DNA of 64,000 nt from Anaeramoeba ignava BMAN. Lineage: Eukaryota > Protista > Anaeramoebae. Positions 56,106 through 64,000 of this stretch are shown one piece after another. Every line of letters starts with the position of its first letter. Position 1 is the stretch's first letter. A program made the translations under genes and the position numbers. The stretch spans positions 1 to 64,000 of the forward strand of contig JAPDFW010000131.1 in NCBI GenBank assembly GCA_028826165.1. The letters are read 5' to 3'. The notes beneath the pieces are model-generated. The model made no database searches. It saw only the letters and a list, made by a program, of their open reading frames with translations, and had not been told where the DNA came from.

Positions 56106-59100
56106 ATGAACCAAAAAAGTGTCAGTGAAAAAGAAGTTGGAATTATTTCTTTTCTTTCTAAAACTCAACCTTTTCCTTCAATTTTAAAACAAAGATATTC
56201 AGATTTTATTGTAAATGAAATTGATGAAAATAGAAAAGTTGTTTATTTAACAAATAAAAATTATGAAGAAGAAGAAACAGAAAAACCCACAAAATCAACA
56301 AATTTAGAAGGTTTTAAGCAAATCAAAGAGATATTTTCTGAAGAAATTTCTCAAAAATTTGAAGAATTCTTGAAAAATTTGCAAAATTCAAAAAAAATCA
56401 AAATTCAAAATTCAAAAAAATTTTTTCAATTTCCAGAAATTGAATCTAAAGAAACAAGAAAAAGAGTTCATGAAATTATTCGTGATAACTTTGAGAATTT
56501 AATCAGCAAGACAGATGATAAAAATTCTATTATAACTCAAGAAAAAACTGGGAATATTAGATATTGGCCTTCAAATAGGCCTGTTTATTTAAAATTTGTT
56601 TTATATAAAGAAAATCAAGAATTAAACGGTGCAATCTCTTTGATATCAAGATTGACTCGGTATTTTTCAAGCCATCTTTATTTCTACTTTTCTTACAAAT
56701 GAAAAAAAATTCAAAAACAAAACAAAACAAAACAATTTTTAATAAATCATTATTTTCTTATAGAATTGGTCCAAAAATTTTTTCTTATGCTGGTATTAAG
56801 GATAAAAGAGGAATTACAACTCAAAATATTACTGCTTTTAAAGTTGAAGCACAAAAATTAGAGAAAATTAATTCTCGTTTAAGAAAAATTCAATTAGGAA
56901 ATTTTGAGTACTTTATTCCAAAATTAAAATCATCTTAATATAAATATTTAAAATATAATTATAAATATTTAAAATATAAATATAAATATAAATATTTAAA
57001 ATATAAATATAAATATAAATATAAATATAAATATTTAAAATATAAATATAAATATAAATATAAATATAAATATAAATATAAATATAAATATAAATATAAA
57101 TATAAATATAAATATAAATATAAATATAAATATAAATATAAATATAAATATAAATATAATTATAAAATATAATTATAAATATAAATAATAAATATAAATA
57201 TTTAAATATAAATATAAATATAAATATTTAAAATATAAATATAAATATTTAAAATATAAATATAAATATTTAAAATATAAATATAAATATAAATCTAAAT
57301 ATAAATATTTAAAATATAAATATAAATATAAATCTAAATATAAATATTTAAAATATAAATATTTAAAATATAAATATAAATATAAATCTAAATATAAATA
57401 TTTAAAATATAAATATTTAAAATATAAATATTTAAAATATAAATATAAATATAAATATAAATATAAATATTTAAAATATAAATGTAAATATAAATATAAA
57501 TATAAATATAAATATAAATATAAATATAATTTTTAGGTATATTGATAATCCAATTAATTTAGGACAATTATGGGGAAATCGATTTATTATTTGTTTAAGG
57601 TTTTCTATAAAAAATTCAAAAATAAATTAAAATTCAAAATTAAAATTCAAAATTAAAATTCAAAATTAAAATTCAAAAGGGATATAAAAGGAAATGATGA
57701 AGAAATTATAGAAGCAACAAACTCACTTAAAAATAAAGGATTTATTAATTATTTTGGTCTTCAAAGATTTGGTTCATCATCGATTCCAACACATAAAATT
57801 GGAATTGCTCTTATTCAAAAAGATTGGAAAAAAGCAGTTGAATTAATTTTAGAAAATCGACCAAATGGTTTTTATTCAGAAAATTTAAAATTCAAATTTT
57901 AAAAAAATAATATTTAAATATTTTTTTATAATAAAGACACTCCAGATATTACTCAAGCTAGAGATTATTATTTCAAAGAAAAAAATCCTGCAAAAGCTTT
58001 TAATGCTTTTCCTAAAAGTTTTATTGCTGAAAGATCTGTTCTTGCAAATTTAAAAAAACAAAAAGATAATTTTAAAAATGCAATTTTTGGTATTACAAGA
58101 AATTTAAGAATGCTTTATGGTCATAGTCTTCAAAGTTATTTATTTAATTGGATGACAACAACAAGAATTCAACAAAATCAAGATGAAATTTTGGAAGGAG
58201 GTATAAATAAAATTAAATTAAATCAATTAAATAAAATTAAATTAAATTAAATTAAATCAAATCAATTTAAAATAAATTAAATTAAATTAAATTAAATTAA
58301 ATTAAATTAAATCAATTAAATTAAATCAATTAAATTAAATCAATTAAATTAAATCAATTTAAATCAAATCAATTAAATTAAATAAATTAAATCAATTAAT
58401 CAAATCAAATTAAATTAAATTAATTAAATTAAATTAAATCAATTAAATCAATTTAAATTAAATTAATCAAATTAAATCAAATTAAATTAAATCAATTAAA
58501 TTAAATTAAATTAAATTAAATCAATTAATTAAATTAAATCAATTAAATAAATTAAATTAAATTAAATTAAATAAATTAAATCAATTAATTAAATCAAATC
58601 AAATTAAATTAAATCAATTAAATTAAATTAAATTAAATTAAATCAATTAAATCAATTAAATTAAATTAAATCAATCAAATTAAATTAAATTATATTATAT
58701 CAAATCAAATTAAATTAAATTAAATCAATTAAATTAAATCAATTAAATAAAATTAAATTAAATTAATTAAATCAATTAAATCAATTAAATAAAATTAAAT
58801 TAATTAAATCAATTAAATCAATTAAATTAAATTAAATTAATTTAAATTAAATTAATTAAATCAAATTAAATTAAATTAAATTATATCAATTTAAATTAAA
58901 TTAATCAAATTAAATTAAATTAAATTAAATCAAATTAAATTAAATCAAATTAAATTAAATCAATTAAATCAAATTAAATTAAATCAATTAAATTAAATCA
59001 AATTAAATCAAATCAATTAAATTAAATCAAATTAAATTAAATAAATTATATCAATTAAATCAATCAAATTAAATCAAATTAAATTAAATTAAATTAAATT

Positions 59101-60026
59101 ATATCAAATCAAATTAATTAAATCAAATCAAATTAAATTAAATTATATTAAATTAAATTAAATTAAATTAAATCAAATTAAATTAAATTAAATTATATCA
59201 ATCAATTAAATCAATTAAATTAAATTAAATCAATTAAATTAAATTAAATCAATTAAATAAATCAAATAAATTAATTAAATTAAATTAATTAAATTAAATC
59301 AATCAAATTAAATCAAATCAAATTAAATTAAATTATATTAAATTAAATTAAATTAAATAAATTAAATCAATCAAATTAAATTAATTAAATTAAATTAAAT
59401 TAAATTAAATTAAATCAAATTAAATTAAATCAATCAAATTAAATTAAATTAATTAAATTATAGATCTTGTTCTGATTGACTCAAATCCTTATATTGTAAA
59501 AAAAGAAGATATTGAATCTAAAAAATTTTCAATCGAAGATGTTGTTCTTCCAATTCCAGGAGAATACTCAATTTTTCCACAAAATCAAGAAGTTTTAAAA
59601 ACTATTGAAGAAAAATTATCAAAAGAAAATATTACAATGGATCAATTTAAAGAAGCTTCAAAAGAGTTATTACTAACAGGAGACTATCGAAATATCATCC
59701 AAATTCCTCAAAATGTTCAATTTGAAATTGTTTATTATTCAGAACCTGATGAATTATTATTGAAAGAAAATATTGAAAGTTTAGATATTGATTTAAGTCA
59801 AAAAGTTCTTAAATCAAATACTGATTCTTTTGAAGATAATCAAAAAAAATTAAAAGGTTTAATTCTTCAATTTGATTTAAAATCATCAGATTATGCAACA
59901 ATGTGTATTAGAGAAATTACAAAAATGGATACCTCAACTGAAATTCAAACAAAACTTGCAAGAAATTCAAAAAAAAGAATTTTAGAGGAAAATGAAAATG
60001 AAAAAGAAAAAGAAAAAGAAAATTAA
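56106..60026 (+). CDS. PUS7: Pseudouridine synthase 7 (TruD family; 6 exons)
   Basis: Exons 56106-56659, 56764-56907, 57537-57599, 57680-57867, 57937-58200, 59464-60026. Motifs [41 protein letters not shown] and YATMCIRE. Confidence 0.95.
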
Positions 60027-60164
60027 AATTAAAATTAAAAATAAATAAAATTAAAAGAATTTCATTTTATTTGTAAGTTTTCCAATTAATTGATCTAAAA
60101 AAGAAATCAAAATTCCAAAAAAAAAAAGAAAAAAGAAAAAAGAAAAAAGAAAAAATTTTTCTTC

Positions 60165-60947
60165 TTATTTTTGTTCAAGAATTTCAGCAATTTTTAAACG
60201 TTTTTCTTTTTTATGAAATTCAATAGCTGTCAAGTTGTTTGGATTCTTCAAATCAAAATTAATTTTCTCATGAAAACGAACAAAAGTATGAGCAGTTTCT
60301 TCATCTTGTATATAAAATAAAGGTGTATAACCAAAACGGTCTTGGTGATTAATGTCAGCTCCATGAGAAATTAATTCATGAACAATTTCAGGATGACATT
60401 GACGTGTAGCATGATGCAAAGCAGTTGTATTCATCATAGCCTGAGCATTTATGTCAATGTCACTTTGTTTTAAAAGTTCTTGAACAACTTCAAGTCTTCC
60501 ATAATGAGAAGCGGAAATTAACGGTGACCATTTTTTTTCATCAGTAGAATTGACATTAGCACCTTTTTCGATTGCGTCAATGACAGCTTTCAAATTCCCT
60601 TTTTTTGAGTAGTAAATCAAGAGAGATCCTTCAATTTGACTTTGACTTGTTTGCTTGTCATATTTTTGAAGCAAAGTAACAAGTTTCTTTTTGCCATGAC
60701 AGCCAGCATACATGATAGCTGTCATTTCTTTTTTGTCTTTGATTGCTGCATCAGCTCCGTTTTCAATTAATTTGACAGCTATTTCTTCTGTTCCTAATAA
60801 AGCTGCATGCATTAATGCTGTCATGCCAGAACTGTCAGTTGAATTGACTTTGGCTCCTTTTCGAAGAACTAATTCAACGTTTTGTAAATGTTTTTCTTTT
60901 ACACAATGAATAAGTGGTGTTTCTTGAAAAGTATCAGAAATATTCAT
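60165..60947 (-). CDS. Ankyrin-repeat protein
   Basis: About 7 ankyrin repeats (GMTALMHAA, WSPLISAS, TTALHHAT). Confidence 0.9.
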   Translation of the reverse strand: MNISDTFQETPLIHCVKEKHLQNVELVLRKGAKVNSTDSSGMTALMHAALLGTEEIAVKLIENGADAAIKDKKEMTAIMYAGCHGKKKLVTLLQKYDKQTSQSQIEGSLLIYYSKKGNLKAVIDAIEKGANVNSTDEKKWSPLISASHYGRLEVVQELLKQSDIDINAQAMMNTTALHHATRQCHPEIVHELISHGADINHQDRFGYTPLFYIQDEETAHTFVRFHEKINFDLKNPNNLTAIEFHKKEKRLKIAEILEQK

Positions 60948-61155
60948 TTGATTATAATTATAATTATTATTATAATTATTATTATTATTATTTTTTTTAT
61001 TATTAGGAAAATGAAAAAGAAAATGGAAAAAAAAAATGAAATTATTTTTTTCTCCTTTTTTTAAATTATTTTTTTTTTCATTTTTTTTTTCTCTTTTTTT
61101 AATTTTTCTTTTATTATTTTTTAATTATAATTTTTCTTTTATTATTATTATTATT

Positions 61156-64000
61156 ATGACTTCAATTTCTCAATTTAATGCCAAAGCAATTTTGGATTTT
61201 CAAAGTCAAGAACAAGAAAATTTTTCTTTTTCAAAGGGTGATGAGATTGTTATTACTTTAGTCGAAGGCAGTAAATCTCTTTTTCTTTTTTTCTTTTTAT
61301 TCCAAATCAATTTTTCATCAATTATTAATTTATCAAAAAAAAAAATTTATTCTCACAAAAAAAAAATTGTCAAAAATTAAATTAAAATTATTAAAATTTA
61401 TTATTAAAATTAAATTAAAATTAAATTAAAATTATTAATATTTTTTTAACTGAATTAACCAAATTTCCAAAAAAAAAAAAATTCAATTTTTAAGATAATT
61501 GGGTTGGATATTTATTAAAAGATCCTGAAAAAAAAGGCGCATTCCCAAACAAGTAAAAAATTAAAATACAAAATTAAATACAAAATACAAAATTAAATAT
61601 AAAATTAAAATACAAAATTAAATACAAAATTAAAATACAAAATTAAAATTAAAATTAAAATATAAAATTAAAATAAAATTAAAATAAGTTATGCTGAAAA
61701 AATTCAAAATCAAGCGAATAAACCAAGATTTCCAAACCGCTTTAATCCTCAAGCTATAAGAAGAACACCTCCACAAAATTTTCGTAAATTTCCATCTCGA
61801 AAAGAAATTAAACCTCCAGATTCTCCTTTACCAGCTTTACCAATAACAAAACCAATTTTAAATAATGAAAATCAAAATCAAAATGAAAATTTAAATCAAA
61901 ATGAAAATCAAAATCAAAATCAAAATCAAAATCAAAATCAAAATCAAAATCAAAATCAAAATAAAAATTTAAATCAAAATCAAAATCAAAATCGAAATCA
62001 AAATCAAAATATCAATCGTACGAGTCCAAATCCAAATCGAAATCAAAATTTGCTTAGAAGTTCAAATTCAACTAGAAATTTAAATTCAAATAGAACTCCA
62101 AATTTAAATACAAATAGAAGAAGCCCAAATTTAAATTCAAATAGAACTCCAAATTTAAATACAAATAGAACTCCAAATAAAATAAGTCCAACTAATTTAA
62201 ATTCAAATAGAACTCCAAATAAAATAAGTCCAACAAATTTAAATTCAAATAGAACTCCAAATTTAAATACAAATAGAACTCCAAATAAAATAAGTCCAAC
62301 TAATTTAAATTCAAATAGAACTCCAAATAAAATAAGTCCAACTAATTTAAATTCAAACAGAACTCCAAATTTAAATACAAATAGAAGAAGCCCAAATTTA
62401 AATTCAAACAGAACTCCAAATTTAAATACAAATAGAACTCCAAATTTAAATACAAATAGAACTCCAAATTTAAATACAAATAGAACTCCAAATAGAATAA
62501 GTCCAACTAATTTAAATTCAAATAGAACTCCAAATTTAAATTCAAATAGAAAACCAGAAATAATAAGAAATCAAAACGAAAAACAAAGTGATAATTCCTT
62601 GAAAAAGTTTGGAAGTATTCATGATAAATTTCCAGGATTTTTTCAAAATCAAAATTCAAATGAAAAAACCGAACAAACAAATTCTCCAAAATGGTCTCGA
62701 TTCCAAAGCAAGACATCAAATCTCCCAAAAACAAATGAAACTCAAAATGAAATTAAAAATGAAATTAAAAATGAAATTAAAAATGAAACTCAAAATGAAA
62801 CTCAAAATGAAACTCAAAATGAAACCAAAAATGAAACTCAAAATGAAATTAAAAATGAAATTAAAAATGAAACTCAAAATGAAACTCAAAATGAAACTAA
62901 AAATGAAAACACAAATTTCAAAAAACTCGAACCTCCAAAAACAAAACCACCAGAACTCCCATTACCAAAACCACCAGAACTTCCAAAGAGAGATATAGAT
63001 ATAGAATCAAAAAAGTTAAATCAAAATGAAACAACAAATTTAAATACAAATCCAAATAAACGACCACCATTACCAATGAGAAATCAAGATTTAGAGAAAA
63101 TGATTCCAAAAGAAATTCCAAAAGAAATTCCAAAAGAAATTCCAAAAGAAATCCCAAAAGAAATTCCAAATGAAATTCCAAAAGAAATTCCAAAAGAAAT
63201 CCCAAATGAAATTCCAAATGAAAAAAAAGATCCAAAAATTGAAACACAAAAATTACTTGAAAAAATTAAGAATAAACCAGGTCCGCCAAAAAAACCTCCA
63301 ATTTCACCACCAAGAAAAAATTCAATAAGACCACCACCTCCAGATAAAAAACCACCACCACCACCAATGGCAGAAAATCAACAAACAACTACAGATTCTG
63401 ATTCTCAAAAAAAACAAAAAGGAAACAAAAATCAAAATTTTAAAAATAATTTACAAAATGTTCTTTCAAGAGAAAAACCACTTCCAATAAAAATTGAAGA
63501 AACAGAAGTAAATAATGATAATCAAAAAAAATCTAGTCCTACTGAACCTCAAATTGAAAGCAGTAAAGATGATGATCTTATTGTAGAAGTTAAAGATGTA
63601 AAATTGTCAAAGAAAGAACTCAAACAAAAAGAAAAAGAAAATAAAAGATTGGAAAGGGAAAACAAAAAGAAAGAAAAAGAAAAAGAAAAAGAAAACAAAA
63701 GATTAGAAAAAGAAAAAGAAAAAGAAAGAAAAAGATTGGAAAAGGAAAAATCAAAACAAGAAAAAGTAAAAGTAAAAGAACCAGAAAAAGGCAAAAATCA
63801 AGAAATAGATTTAGAATCAGAATCAGAATCAGAATCAAAATCGGAAAAAGAAAAAGAAAAAGAAAAAGAAAATCAAAATCAAAATAAAAATAATAAAAAT
63901 CAAAATCAAAATCAAAAAGAATCAGAAAAGGAAAATGAATTAGATTTAAAAGAAGGTCCAGATATTGTTGATTTTTCGAAACAAACTTTCGAAATTACAA
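61156..64000 (+). CDS. SH3-domain protein with long Pro-rich/low-complexity region (runs off the window)
   Basis: Exons 61156-61270, 61495-61552, 61689->64000. The spliced SH3 reads AKAILDF…FSFSKGDEI…NWVG…GAFPNNY. The frame appears open to the window end. Confidence 0.85.

Noticed and set aside
42720-56670. U12-type introns (GTAT donors in TRAPPC11, GET3 and PUS7)
   Set aside because: None match RTATCCTT or have a CCTTAAC branch site.

Overview
Very AT-rich, gene-dense, intron-rich eukaryotic nuclear DNA from a protist. Ankyrin-BTB proteins, poly-QN tracts and TCATT initiator-like motifs suggest an Anaeramoeba-like metamonad, but this is inference only. I reconstructed about 23 protein-coding genes by hand, with 45 predicted GT-AG introns. 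Most are housekeeping: Ank-BTB, FPGS, PSMD5, WDR37, CBL-type EF-hand, YFH7, FHA protein, UBL+DUF3626, MED18, GCKIII/STE20 kinase, GT34, alkaline phosphatase, CLC antiporter, GT61, TRAPPC11, RPC11, MARK-like kinase, GET3, LRR, coronin, PUS7, ankyrin and an SH3 protein. The top finding is a candidate novel 66-aa selenoprotein at 35860..36060 (+). The 61-aa ORF's TGA stop is followed in frame by four codons and TAA (…DGSPS-U-SLDN*), and a textbook type II eukaryotic SECIS hairpin lies just downstream at 36081..36166. This gene, with its putative promoter and SECIS, forms a ~550-bp cassette between two ~130-150-bp direct repeats, which looks like an insertion. Other notable structure: large introns made almost wholly of gene-specific microsatellites, frequent AAG/poly-A 3' splice sites, and two intergenic satellites with ~153 and ~145 bp units. 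Three apparent frameshifts are most likely homopolymer sequencing errors. All gene models are manual and lack transcript support.
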